64,000 nucleotides of DNA from Octopus vulgaris. Its lineage: Eukaryota. The stretch is taken from assembly GCA_951406725.2 (NCBI GenBank), contig OX597826.1, forward strand, positions 13,950,001 through 14,014,000. The letters run 5' to 3'. How positions within the stretch are numbered: the first letter of the stretch is position 1; every line of letters begins with the position of its first letter. Below the pieces are notes generated by a model that was not told the origin of the DNA, did no database searches, and worked only from the letters and a program-made list of their open reading frames with translations. The position numbers and the translations under genes are program-made. This document shows, piece after piece, positions 13,520 through 26,657 of this stretch.

Positions 13520-14186
13520 CTCTCTTTTACTCATTTACTCTTTTACTTGTTTCAGTCATTTGACTGTAGCCATGCTGGAGCACCGCCTTTAGTCGAGCAA
13601 ATCGACCCCGGGACTTATTCTTTGTAAGCCCAGTAATTATTCTATCGGTCTCTTTTGCCGAACCGCTAAGTTACTGGGATGTAAACACACCAGCATAGGT
13701 TGTCAAGCAATGCTAGGAAGACAAACACAGACACACAAACACATACACACACATACATATATATATACATATATACGACAGGCTTCTTTCAGTTTCCGTC
13801 TACCAAATCCACTCACATGGCATTGGTCGGCCCGGGGCTATAGCAGAAGACACTTGCCCAAGATGCCACGCAGTGGGACTGAACCCGGAACCATGTGGTT
13901 GGTTAGCAAGCTACTTACCACACAGCCACTCCTGCGCCTATATCTATATATATATATTTCTTTACTAGCCACAAGGGGCTAAAACATAGAGGGGACAAAC
14001 AAGGACAGACGAAGGGATTAAGTCGATTACATCGACCCCAGTGCGTAACTGGTACTTAATTTATCGACCCCGAAAGGATGAATGGCAAAGTCGACCTTGG
14101 CGGAATTTGAACTCAGAACGTAACGGCAGATGAAATACGGCTATGCATTTCGCCTGGCATGCTAACGTTTCTGCCAGTTCGCTACC
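13520..14186 (-). mobile_element. Adjacent SINE A (13520-13938) and SINE B (13956-14186)
   Basis: Matches to both families. Confidence 0.88.
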
Positions 14187-14480
14187 TTTTGCAGTACCAT
14201 TAAAGCCAGAAACCTTTCAATACCCCCTCATACATGTGCATGTGTATCTGTATATTCGTTAAATGCTTCAGTCACTGGAGTGGGGCCATGCTTCAGCACC
14301 ACCATAAATTTGCAAAACAATTTCGTTTTTAAACCCTGATACTTATTTTTTCAGTCTTTTTTTTTTTTTTCAAAACTACTTATGTTATGGGGGATGTAAA
14401 CAAGCCAACACCAGTTACCAAGTGATGGCTGGGGACAAACACAAAAACAAAAATGCACATATAAATATACATACATCCAT

Positions 14481-14646
14481 AGGTGCATGGAGTGGCTGTG
14501 TGGTAAATAGCTTGCTTACCAACCACATGGTTCCGGGTTCAGTCCTACTGCATGGCACCTTGGGCAAGTGTCTTCTACTATAGCCTCATGCCAACAAAAG
14601 CCTTGTGAGTGGATTTGGTAGATGGAAACTGAAAGAAGCCCGTTGT

Positions 14647-14678
<32 letters not shown>

Positions 14679-14895
14679 AAGTGTGTGTGTGTGTTTGTGT
14701 GTCCGTGTTTGTCCCCCCAGCTTCGCTTGACAACCGATGCTGATGTGTTTACATCCCTGTAACTTAGTGGTTTGGCAAAAGTGACTGATAGAATAAGTAC
14801 TAGGCTTACAAAGAATAAGTCCTGGGGTCGATTTGCTCGACTAAAGGTGGTGCTCCAGCATGACCACAGTCGAATGACTGAAACAAGTAGAAGAG
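14481..14895 (+). mobile_element. SINE family A
   Basis: Full-length copy. Confidence 0.9.
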
Positions 14896-15334
14896 CATAT
14901 ATCATTATCATCATCATCATTTAATGTCCATTGTCCGTGCTGGCAAAAACTCTTCAAGGCAATGTATGTATGTATGTATGTATGTATGTACGTATGCATA
15001 TATGTATGTATATAGGCATGAATATATGCTTGTATGCATTAGACTTAATCCATTGCCTGATTTAGCATCACGACCAGGCGCTACAGCTGCATTTAGCAGA
15101 ATCCACTTTGTCTTCTCTCTCCCCTCACCCAACTCCCTTCAGTCAGGGAGACCCTGTAGGGGGTCACAAGCACTGCCTTTCTTTCTCACTAAAGCATGGG
15201 AAAAGAAAGGCATTTAGGAAAACAATACATAAATTTATAATTTATATGCAATCATTTCATCCTAGGTCCTGATACTCAAGCAAGGCTAAATATCAATATT
15301 AGATTTTTGCTTTTCCATGTTTCTTTATAATACA

Positions 15335-15637
15335 CTAGCAGTATCTCCCGGCGTTGCTCGGGTTTGTAAGGGAAATAACTATATAAGCATTTTTAGAGAG
15401 TTACTTCCCTTATATAATAGCAAAAAAATGCATTAAAAATGGAAAAAATGATGGTAAAGTTTTTTTTATGATCGTAGACTCATCATAGACGCGCACTAGT
15501 ACCCAGAAGGGCTCGATATGAATCACGACTATTAGATACCCGCTTTTGGTTAAACTGCACCGCAAAATGTGGGAGTAGTTAGGAATCTAAATCGTAGGAG
15601 ACAGACAGACACACAACTTCACTTTTATATTTATAGA
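15335..15637 (-). mobile_element. Non-autonomous Helitron
   Basis: Minus strand begins A|TC and ends with hairpin cccgagcaacgccggg plus CTAG|T; a near-identical truncated copy is at 60482-60699. Confidence 0.85.
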
Positions 15638-16797
15638 TTTTCTAACTACTTTCAAGAATAACAATTGCTGAATCTAAATGTATTTTGCCTATCCTGTCAT
15701 TCACTGAAACTCTAAATAGGAAAAAGATGATTTACTTGTATCAACAGGAAGCATCTTTAGAAGCACTTCTTTCAATGATCTTTACTTTCAATTACACTAA
15801 TAATTGCGCTTAAATCATTACTTTATCCTTATAGTATTTTGTTCATATTTTATAATGTATAAGATAGGAGGGATTATAAACCTCTAATTCAAGTACTGCT
15901 TATTTGCTTCAGAACAATAGATTATCCAATGAAATTACGAGGGTCCTACTCAAAACACTTCAACTTTGGTGAACTAAGTATTGTTTCTTGTGCAGATGGT
16001 GTCCCTGAGTAATCTGTCTGCTTAAGTCATTTGTCTTTCTAAATTTACAAATTATTCATGCTTATCCTTTTTGTGTTTAAACCAGCCATATCCTGTCCAA
16101 ATATTCTACATGTTTTATATTCAAACTGGCCATATCTAGCCTCTCACACCTAACCTACAGTGACATTCTAAAAATAAACAGTCATATCATTGAAACCTCA
16201 AAGCTATAACATAATGTATGATTAATTCAAAACAATTTTGAGTGAAAAAGTATTACATTTAATAGAGAAATTTGAACACCAAAGAGTTAAGTATGTACAA
16301 TGTTGTAATGTTGTATATCTTCTGAATGATTCCCTTTTCATTTCTTTGTCAATTACAGTGAAACATATGCTTTGCTGAGGAGGTTCAACAAAATTGAAAT
16401 ATGCATGGATTTGTCTCTCCTGTCTGCTAAAATGATTAAAATGATATTAGCCATTGAGCTAATGGTGTATTTTACTCATTGTATAACGATCTCTAATAAA
16501 GTTTGTAATGCTTTCTATCCTATCTTTAATAAACTGGCTTCATTAAAAACCACAGCACAAAAATTTTTCTTGTGAAGTTTATTCTTTTATTTTCCTTTTT
16601 CATGTTTCAGTCATTGGACTACGGCCATGTGAAGGCATTGCCTTGAAAGGGGTTTTGTCAAGCAAATTTACTTATTTTCTCTTTAAGTGTTATTCTATCA
16701 GTCACTTTTTCCAAATTACTAAGTTACAGGGACATAAGCAAACCAACGCTGATTGTCAAGCAGTGCTGGGAGCAAACACAGACACAAAGGCGCACGT

Positions 16798-16833
<36 letters not shown>

Positions 16834-17426
16834 ACACACACACACACATACACACACACACACTCTCTCTCTCTTTCTCTCTCATGGTCACATACATATA
16901 ACAGGTTTACACACAGTTTTTTTCTGCCAGCTTCACTCACATGACATTGATTGATCTGGAACTTATGGTAAAAGGACACTTGCCAAAAAGTGTTATGAGT
17001 AAATACAGATACAAAGACACGCACACACACACACACACACACACACTTGCACTCGTATTCATATACATGCATGCACACAAACACACACATGCACATGCAC
17101 ACACACTCGTGGTGACTTACTGTTTTCATCTGCCAAATTCGTTCATGACTCAGTGGTTCGTCTGAAACTTAAGGCAGAAGACTCACCAAAGGTGCTGAGC
17201 CCTGAGACTTAAACTGAAACACTGTGGTTTAAAATGAGCTTCTTAACCATGAAAATTTTCATTAGATTTGAAATAAAGTTAAATTTTAATTTGACTGCAT
17301 TAGATTAAAAGGTAATTAAGCTTCAAATTTTTATAGAAACATTTTCAACTTTACAAGAATTGTTGTGTGATGGCTTTCAGTGAAGTAGGCTTATTACAGG
17401 TAAGTTAGAGTTTACATATTTAATAA

Positions 17427-18110
17427 GCGCAGGAGTGGCTGTGTGGTAAGTAGATTGCTTATGAACCACATGGTTCCAGGTTCAGTCCCACTGTGTGGCA
17501 CCTTGGGCAACTTTCTTCTACTATAGCCTCGGGCCAACCAAAGCCTTGTGAGTGGATTTGGTAGATGGAAACTGAAAGAAGCTCGTCATATATATGTATA
17601 AATATATATTTCTTTATTGCCCACAAGGGGCTAAACATAGAGGGGACAAACAAGGACAGACAAAGGGATTAAGTCGATTACATCGACCCTAGTGCGTAAC
17701 TGGTACTTAGTTAATCGACCCTGAAAGGATGAAAGGCAAAGTCGACCTTGGCGGAATTTGAACTCAGAACGTAATGACAGACGAAATACCACTAAGCATT
17801 TCACCCGGCGTGCTAACGCGTCTGCCAGCTCGCCACCTTCAATATTTATATATATATATATATATGTGTGTGTGTGCGTGTGTGTGTTTGTGTGTGTGTG
17901 CATTTGTGTGTCTGTGTTTGTCCCCCCAACATCGCTTGACAACCGATGCTGGTGTGTTTACGTCCCCGTAACTTAGCGGTTTGGTAAAAGAGACCGATAG
18001 AATAAGTACTAGACTTACAAAGAATAAGTCCTGGGGTCGATTTGCTCGGCTAAAGGCAGTGCTCCAGCATGGCCACAGTCAATGACTGAAACAAGTAAAA
18101 GAGTAAAAAG
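17427..18110 (+). mobile_element. SINE family A with SINE B (-) nested at ~17606-17838
   Basis: Family A halves are split at the internal TA tract by a family B copy. Confidence 0.88.
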
Positions 18111-19869
18111 CATAAAAATATCTAATTATATATAATTATACCATGAAGAAAAAAATAACATTAACTTAATGACTCAACAATTTCTTGTGAAATCTTTGAA
18201 CTGAAACTCCATACATCACTCACCAGGCGCTCTTATTAAGCAGATTATCCTCATCGTCATCATCATCATCATTGGACACCTGACGTCTTACTGTCAGGTG
18301 TCCCAGATGAATCAACTTCGTGGCAGGAGGTGCAGATGAGGGCAGCTGCATTAAACTCTCTCGTGCCCCAAATGTCAATAGCTAAAAAGCATTCGTGAAG
18401 TAAAATTATGTAGCAACACCAAATGGCAGTGCCCCAGCATGGCCACAGCTCGTGAGTTGAATCCAGATGAAATAAAAATAAAAATAAAATAAAATCGATG
18501 TTGTTGTCATCATCCCCATCATCATCATCATAATTTTTTAATGTCTGTCTTCCCTGCTGGCAAGGGTGGCACAGTTTGGTAGGATCATCAGAATGCCAAA
18601 ATGAAAAAAACTTCCTGGTACTTTTTGTCCATTGCCTTATGAATAAAGGTTACCCTTGTGATTTCCAAGACCAGGATCAATAAAAAAAATAAAAAATGAG
18701 AAAACGCCCATCAAATAGAGAAAATCCAACTGATCCAAAATTCCACCATTTATAACCATTTTTTGAAAGTCCATGAAAGTTTTATTGAAACAGTGTCATG
18801 TCCCAAAATCTCAGGATTCTTTTAGTTCTTACCTATTACAAATGTGCCAAAATTCAAGTCCTTGTGGTTTGTACTTTTGGATCTAACTAGGTCTGGAAAC
18901 ACTGCAAAATCGATTGTTTGTGACATGTAACAAAATAGGCTTTACGTAAATATTTAAAAAATTGCCAAAAGCAAAATTTTTCTCTTTCCAAGAACTAGAA
19001 ATAAATAATAACCGACCGCTTTACCATGATCACTATTAATTTGTGTAATTCGAAGATGATTATCCCCTCAGTTTCTTAGATAATGACATCAATCACAAAT
19101 ATGGCTAATTATTCACTTAAGCCAATGAGGTAAGATTTTGACCAATTCGTTAACATTCAAATCGTCATATTTCCTAAAATACTCATCCAAATTTTCACAA
19201 ATGAATTATCAAAATGTTTTTTTTTTGGGGGGGGGGGGATGCTCACCAAGAAAAAGTACAGTAGAAATTACATTTAAGTCATCATCATCATCATCACAAT
19301 CATCACCATCACCATCACCATCATCATCACCATCATAATCATCGTTTAATGTCTGCTTTCCGTGCTAGCATGGGTTGGACGATTTGACTGAGGACTGGCG
19401 AACCAGATGGCTGCACCAGGCTCCAGTCTGATCTGCCCTTCCTAATGCCCCTTTCCTAATGCCATTTTCAAAAGTATTTTCAAAAATTCATAGTGATATC
19501 TACTATTATTCCAATTAAAAACTACTTGTGAGTAATTCATGATTTTTATTAATAGTAGCTGCTATGTGGTTGTAGTTGTTCTTTTCGAGTAACCTGCATA
19601 CTCAATCACCAAGATGCTCATAGAGTAGAATAAATAATTATTCTTAAAAACTGAGTTTATTTTGAACACACGTACAACTGAGTAATTTAATATGTGATAT
19701 TATGGAAGTTTGTATTTTCCCCAAATGCCATTTCTTCAGGTAATGCAGCTCTGAATATTTTAAATGATATTTTGACAACAATTTTACCAACATATGATGA
19801 ATCAATGAAGAGAGTAAGAATATATAATAAAGCTTAACTAACAGGATGAAGACTACTATATCGGGTGGA

Positions 19870-20345
19870 TGTGGAGGTGCGTGGCTTAGTGGTTAGGGTG
19901 TCAGCACCAGGAAAGTAAGATTGTGATTTCGATTCCTGGACTGGGTGACGTGTTGTGTTCTTGAGCAAAACACTTCATTTCACGTTGCTCCAGTCCACTC
20001 AGCTAGCATCCCATCCAGCTGGGGAACACATACGCCATAGAAACCAGGAACCGGCCCCATGAACCTGGCTAGGCTTTAAAAAGGAGCATTTAGTGGAGGC
20101 ACGTGGCTTAGTGGTTAGGATGTCAGTACCATGATTGTAAGATTGTGGTTTTGATTCCTGGACCGGGTGATGCGTTGTGTTCTGGAGCAAAACACTTCAT
20201 TTCATGTTGTTCCAGTTCACTCAGCTGGCAAAAATGAGTAAGGCTGCGATGGACTGGCGTCCTGTCCAGTTGGGGAACACATATGCCATAGAAACCGGGA
20301 AACCGGGCCCATGAGCCTGGCTAGGCTTTAAAAGGGAGCATTTAT
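19870..20345 (+). mobile_element. tRNA-derived SINE family C, two copies in tandem
   Basis: gtggcttagtggttagg A box, ttcgattcc B-box-like, gtgttcttgagcaaaacactt core; second head at ~20093. Confidence 0.8.
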
Positions 20346-20924
20346 TTATTTATTTTATATCGGGTGGATATATTTAGGTTAGTCTCAAATCAAACCTATT
20401 GATTATACACTCAAATTAATGCATATCTAGCGGGATGAGTAACAGAAGATGCTGTTAAGGTAGAAGATGAAATAGGCATGTGGACAACATCAAAGTAAAA
20501 CAATGGGAAAGCATTGGATCGTAGTTTAAATAATTTATTTAATTGACCCTTGCATTTACATGGTGTATACACAAGGAAATCCGTGACATGACATTACCAA
20601 CTTGCTTCGAGTTGGCGAAGTAAAAAATGAACAGAAGAAATACTGTGTCAGTGTGATGAGGTAGAACCAGACATGTTTTGTGTCAGTGTGTGTGTTGGTC
20701 ATTTGTTAATGTTCTGTGACTGCTACTGTGTTGTGTCATTCATGCTGAATATGTGGTTCAGTGTTGGCTGCTTGACTGGTGCAAGTTAACTGCTGTCTGT
20801 CGAATGTTTGCCTCTTGCTGGCTGTCTGGTTATCTGACGTGTGTCTGACTGTATTCATAATGGTCATCCCAGCTAGAAGGACAGACATACCACAGGAGTA
20901 ATTTCTACCTATGTAGGTTGCTTT

Positions 20925-21110
20925 TAGTCCACTTGAACCTTAAATGACACAGCTCAGGTGGAAGGTCGAAGAGAAATCCATCCATCACTTTTTGACAGGA
21001 CAAAGAAATTTCTTTCTCGCCTATTTGGCCAGTGGTGGATCAGACTAGTGAGAATCCTTAGATTTGGTTTCGAATCTCAGCTCGGAAAAAGAAGTGTTAA
21101 TTTTAACACT
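20925..21110 (+). repeat. Unclassified dispersed repeat
   Basis: Reverse-complement copy at ~59420-59592. Confidence 0.75.
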
Positions 21111-21595
21111 TAAGTGTTAGTTTTTTCACTTAAGTTGATGAAGGAAATGTTTATTCTTGTAGAGTAAATTACACTCTGTCCTCCCGGTTTGTCGAAATCT
21201 AACTCCAAGTAAGATATCAATTGTTCTATTGTTGAAATATTATGTAAGATACAATGCTGTTTATGGACAAGTGTTTATATACTTAAGTCCACATACAGCA
21301 CTATACCATATATATCATCGAAACAATAGACTGATTAATATCTTGGCGCCAGATTTCTAAAATTTTGCTGAATTATAACATTAACTAGCATGTCTTACTG
21401 ATAACAAAATGCTATTAATTTTAGTGAACGAAAATGGACTGGGCACTAGGGCTTATTTTGGGGGGAATGTCTTATATTTTCGCAGAAAAAAATCAAAGAA
21501 AGACAAAAAAAGTCCAATGTCCTCATGTAAAAGGAAAAAACTGTAAAAAGGAAACCCATGTTTTTAGTTATAAAAAGTTTATTTATTCACTTATA

Positions 21596-22022
21596 GGCGT
21601 AGGAGTGGCTGTGTGGTGAGTATAAGTGCTGAAGTGGCTGTGTGGTAAATAGCTTGCTTACCAACCACATGGTTCCGGGTTCAGTCCCACTGCATGGCAC
21701 CTTGGGCATGTGTTTTCTACTATAGCCTCGGGCCAAACAAAACCTTATGAGTGGATTTGGTAGATGGAAACTGAAAGAAGCCCGTCGTATATATGTATAT
21801 GTATATATGTGTGTGTGTGTTTGCATGTCTGTGTTTGTCCCCCCTCCCATCGCTTGACAATCGATGCTGGTGTGTTTACATCCCCGTAACTTAGCAGTTC
21901 GGCAAAAGAGACTGATAGAATAAGTACTAGGCTTACAAAGAATAAGTCCTGAGGTCGATTTGCTCGACTAAAGGTGGTGCTCCAGCATGGCTGCAGTCAA
22001 ATGACTGAAACAAGTAAAAGAG
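21596..22022 (+). mobile_element. SINE family A
   Basis: Full-length copy with a short duplicated head. Confidence 0.88.
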
Positions 22023-22099
22023 TATTGTTTTTAGACAAGTTTCGTCCTCCTCCGGAATATCGTTATAAATCATCAAACCCTGAACTTCAGACTGAATTT

Positions 22100-23268
22100 C
22101 TTGTAAATCCATTTCCGGGTGTGCATGAGGTAGGAAGCATTCCAGTGGAACACAACTGGAAATGACTGGCAGTGAATGTGCTGCACTGCTGGCAGGGGAC
22201 ATACCTTTCAATGGTCAACTGTGGACCGGGGCAGTTGACCATATGGAGGGAGATGAAGACGGGGGACCGGGGAGGAAATCACAAGAACACTAAATGAAAT
22301 ATTCCTAGAATGAGGCCCAGTGGATGAGCTGCTTGTGGATATTGGCACTGTATTTCGCTCCTAGGCGTTGGGAGAAATGCTTGACAATTGGCATGTTAGA
22401 CATTTCTTCAGAGTGGCATACCGGCTAAGTGGCAATGAGGTTGTGGAGAGGCATCGTCGCACCATCAAGACCATAGCAGAGAGGGGCCACATCTCATTGG
22501 TCGAGGCCATTTTTTGGTATTATATGTCATCCAGGATGGGATAGGCTGAGGAGTGAGTTCCACACAGGGCAATATTCAAGTATGAGTGGAGGCATCCATG
22601 AATCACATCACCACAACTCACAGTAAAGAAAGAGCATGCCTTTGTGCAGGTCAGGGAAGAAGTCTGTGTTAAACTCCCAAATGCGCGATACACATCACAA
22701 TGGGGAAAAGGGACAATAACCTCTGTAAATTCGAGGAACAATGTGTCAGTAGACGGCATACCATGCCATGTTTTTGGATGTGTGCAGGATCGTCCCTGCG
22801 ATGGAGGATGGGAGCCAACAGTAATGGAACTGAGGCTACCCTGAAGCCCCATGGTGGTCACAGAGCAAACGGTGCCCTCCTCACTGGTTGGCTGATTATG
22901 AGACAAGGCGTGTGGTCAGGGTTGAAGAGAGGGTGTGGGCAGACTGGTTGAAAGATCTTCAGATCAGAAGTCATGTGGTGTTATGAGCCAGGCTGTGTTG
23001 TAGGAAAGGACTGGAAGTGAGGGAGTAGGTATGTTCTGTCGGAAGTGGGGCCCACTGGAAGGGCTGCAGTAGGCATGCAGAGTCAGCGAGGCACGAGTAG
23101 TAGATGGCGGCAGACAGCGCATGAGAGCAGACATGTTAGATGGTACGGCAGTGGACATAGCATGTGGACATTGAGTAAAACTTCCAGATCGAGACAGCAT
23201 GTGGCCCGACAGGTAAGACTACCACAATTCTCTCTTTGCTTCCATCTTTTTCCTCCTTCACATCACAC
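22100..23268 (+). mobile_element. Gypsy-type LTR retrotransposon remnant (integrase C-terminal part, PPT, 3' LTR)
   Basis: Decayed GNEVVERHRRTIKTIAER and VCVKLPNARYTSQWGKGTITSVNSRNNVSVDGIPCHV; purine tract gaagagaggg at ~22924 followed by a TG...CA LTR-like segment. Confidence 0.7.
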
Positions 23269-23600
23269 TACTTACATACGTATGTATGTATGTATGTATT
23301 TCCATTTATTCAAAACTGAAACAAATTTCATGTGACTGTTCCTCACGGTGACTGACATTCAAATATCAGTTTTCATCAATCATCATTTCCCATTTGGTTC
23401 GGTGTATTCGTGGAATGCTTTCCAAATTCTCGTACAGTGAGACAACAGGGTAACGCCATTAGTAGAAGAGGTTGGGAAAGTGAAAGGGGAGAGTAAAGTG
23501 TAGTTTCAGAATGAAACAGGGGGTGCTAAGCTACAAGAAGTTAAGAGAAGGTAGTATCAGTTAACCATTTAGTATCTAAACCAGTCATATCTTGCCAAAA

Positions 23601-24075
23601 TATTGAGTTGTCCGGCAAGTTCGTGCCGATTTTTAAAGGAAAGAAAAAGGTCAATAAATACTTCCCATTACATTTTTAATCACCCAAATATGAACCCATT
23701 TCATTGCACAATGCGTCTCCATCTTTCCTTTAACTTGAAAATACTCTCTTCCCAGAATTGCGGTTGTTTCATGGCAAAGAATTCATCAAGGTATCTTTTT
23801 ACGTCATCCAAGGAATTGAAATTTTTACCATTAAGACTATTCTTCAGACACCTGAATAAGTAGAAATCCGAATGAGCAATGTCTGGTGAATATGGAGTGT
23901 GGGGTAACACATCCCAGCTGAGCTGCAGCAATTTTTGTCTGGTTCCCAAAGCATCAAGTACCAAAAATGAACTTTCTTATCTTTCATTTTAAAGGGTTAC
24001 AGAATTAACACAGGTTATAGGAACATAAACCTTCTTCCACGAAAAGATAGCTTAAACTGTGCCCTAAATGGAGAT
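23601..24075 (-). mobile_element. Internally deleted mariner
   Basis: WDVLPHTPYSPDIAHSDFYLFRCLKNSL (mariner YSPDLAP motif); TIR-like end at 23601; MKDKKVHF start-like sequence joined almost directly upstream. Confidence 0.88.
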
Positions 24076-24562
24076 TCGTTTGTCTTAAGATCCAGAAGGG
24101 TGGGTATGCCTAGCTGATTTGTGTTAATTAATCGTCATTAAAAGATAATTTCTCCTGTATCTCAAATGGATTGTTGCTTTGTCAAAGTATGGTACAGTAT
24201 TTTATTTTAGTACATTTACAGTATTTGTACAGTATTAGGTTAAGAAAACTTGATCTTTTCCTAAATTATACTTTTCTTTCTTTATATTTATTACATTTTT
24301 AAGGCGGTGAGCTGGTAAAATTGTTAGTACGCTGGACATAATGCTTAGCAGCATTTCCTCTGTCTTAATGTTCTGCGGTCAAATTCCATCAAGGTTGACT
24401 TTGCCTTTCATCCTTTCGGGGTCGAAAAATAATAACCAATCGAGCACTGGGTTGATGTAATCGATTTAGGCCATCCCACCGTAATTGTTGGTCTTGTACC
24501 AAAATTTGAAATCAATATTTCTTTCATTTCTAATATATTCAAAATATTTAACGATAATATTA

Positions 24563-24610
<48 letters not shown>

Positions 24611-24999
24611 GGAGAGAGAGAGAGCAAGAGAGAGACAGAGAGCAAGAGAGAGACAGACAGACAGAAACAGAGATAGAGAGAGTTTTAATGAGCTTTGTAA
24701 GGTGCTATGCTAATTTAAAAAGTGATGATCAGATATCCTGAGAATTCGGTTATCTGGGTCTCTCTAGTTCCAGTGGTGCCAGATAGATGGGAGTTTACTG
24801 TGGTTATTTCACTTTATTTCAGGAGATATTTGAAGAGTTACATTTTTTCTCTAGAGTTTTGGTCTGAAGAATGGGATTTTACAGAGCCTCCAAGACTGGT
24901 GAAATTGACACAATAATTGTTCCTCCTGAATAGCTTTAAGTTGATGGCTGCATGAAAGACATGAGCAGAAGAAGAACTCCAGAAAGCTGATATTCTGAG

Positions 25000-26215
25000 G
25001 AGAAAAGACTGGGGGAAATGACTAGTGTGGGGCCCGGATGTTGGGTAGTAGACACAATATCAGTGATGATAGACAAGTCAGGATGGTTTGAGTGTATGTG
25101 TGGCACAACACCAGTAATCTCTGAGAAATAGAATCCACTGTAATAGTGGCAGAAAAGCCAAGGAGAAGACTGGTTTGTCTATGAGCCACAATTTGAATTG
25201 TTTTGGCAATCAACTTCATAATAACAAACTGTTGGCTTTTTTTCCGGCAGTCTAGCAACAGCACTATCCCGGTTCTGAAAGCAGTATTCCATTGTAGATC
25301 TCACTTAAGTATTTATTTTGATCTCTAGAACAGCTGTCTTTTGTCCATCAGCTTTCTGTAAATATAAAACTAACTGGTCTGATAGCACACGTGTATGGGT
25401 GTAGGATGTGCAAGTGTTACATGAATGTGGGCGTTTTTCAATGTAAGCATATCAAAGTTTCACACATTTTCTTACGTTTATAAAGTTAATGTGTTACAAA
25501 CATCACCTAGATGTTGAAGCAGTAGACCCCCAACCTTTAGTCTGTTGAAGCAGTAAAACTCAACCTTTAGTTCTTGACACAACAAATGCTTGCTTGAAGG
25601 TTCCTCGGCTCTAAGGAAGAAAACATCCCTTCAAGTTGGTGAAAATGCTGATGTGTGTGGAGATCAAAAGCCAAGTGGCAGAGTTTTTCACTTGAGGGAC
25701 AAGGTACTGATGAGCTGAAGTGATCTAGCAGCAGTGCAGCATGCCTTGCTTGGCACTCATCAAACCATTGTGGACACTTTGTTTCGACAGCTTCACAATC
25801 TTGACAGCAGATGGTTTGCTTTGATCTGTAGCAAGAATTTTCAGATCCAGTGGAGTAATGTTGCACTTCTGCAGGATGGCAGCAACTTGATCTTTGTATC
25901 ATTTCCTCTATCCTCCAAAAGATCATTGGCCTTGAGTCAGTTCTCCTTAGAAGACAATACAGAATAGACAGAAGTGGGGCAGCTTAATGAGATGGTCAGT
26001 CCAGCAAAGTTGACACTTGACAATAACAGATTGCTGAAGGAGATGCAACATTTCAAGGTGGTTCAATGTGGAACCATGTCTTCTCACAAGATGTCGAAGA
26101 CACCTGATGTGAAAGGATTCAAGAATCTTTAGGTCCTTGCAGTAAGCCACCCAGATTTCCACACCATACAGAATGGATAAAACAGTGGCCTGAAACACAG
26201 TAACTTCCATGAGAA
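25000..26215 (-). mobile_element. Degenerate RTE LINE reverse-transcriptase region
   Basis: VFQATVLSILYGVEIW...LESFHIRCLRHL is a typical RTE thumb-region motif. Confidence 0.7.
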
Positions 26216-26217
26216 TA

Positions 26218-26657
26218 CTCTTTCACTTGTTTCAGTCGTTTGACTGTGGCCATGCTAGAGCACCACCTCTAGTCGAGCAAATCGACCCCAGAACTTATTC
26301 TTTGTAAGCCTAGTACTTATTCTATCGGTCTATTTTGCCGAACCGCTAAGTTACGGGGATGTAAACACACCAGCATCGGTTGTCAAGCGATGCTGGGGGA
26401 ACAAACATAGACACACAAACATACACACATACATATATATATATAAAAATCCTTTAAAATATTTTAGCCCGAAGGCCGTGGCCATGCTGGGGCACGACAG
26501 GCTTCTTTCAGTTTCCATCTACCAAATCCACTCATAAGGCTTTGGTCGGCCCGAGGCTATAGTAGAAGACACTTGCCCAAAGTGCCACACAGTGGGACTG
26601 AACCCGGAACCATGTGGTTGGTAAGCAAGCTACTTACCACACAGCCACTCCTGCACC
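26218..26657 (-). mobile_element. SINE family A
   Basis: Full-length copy with a ~50-bp insert in the microsatellite. Confidence 0.88.

Noticed and set aside
18274-18303. Perfect 11-bp hairpin ggacacctgac...gtcaggtgtcc as a terminator or miRNA
   Set aside because: Too short for a pre-miRNA, bacterial terminators are irrelevant here, and it sits at the edge of a retroelement-like tail.
22030-22082. Hammerhead-like ttgatga...gaaacttgtc on the minus strand
   Set aside because: Core C is missing and stems I and II do not pair convincingly.
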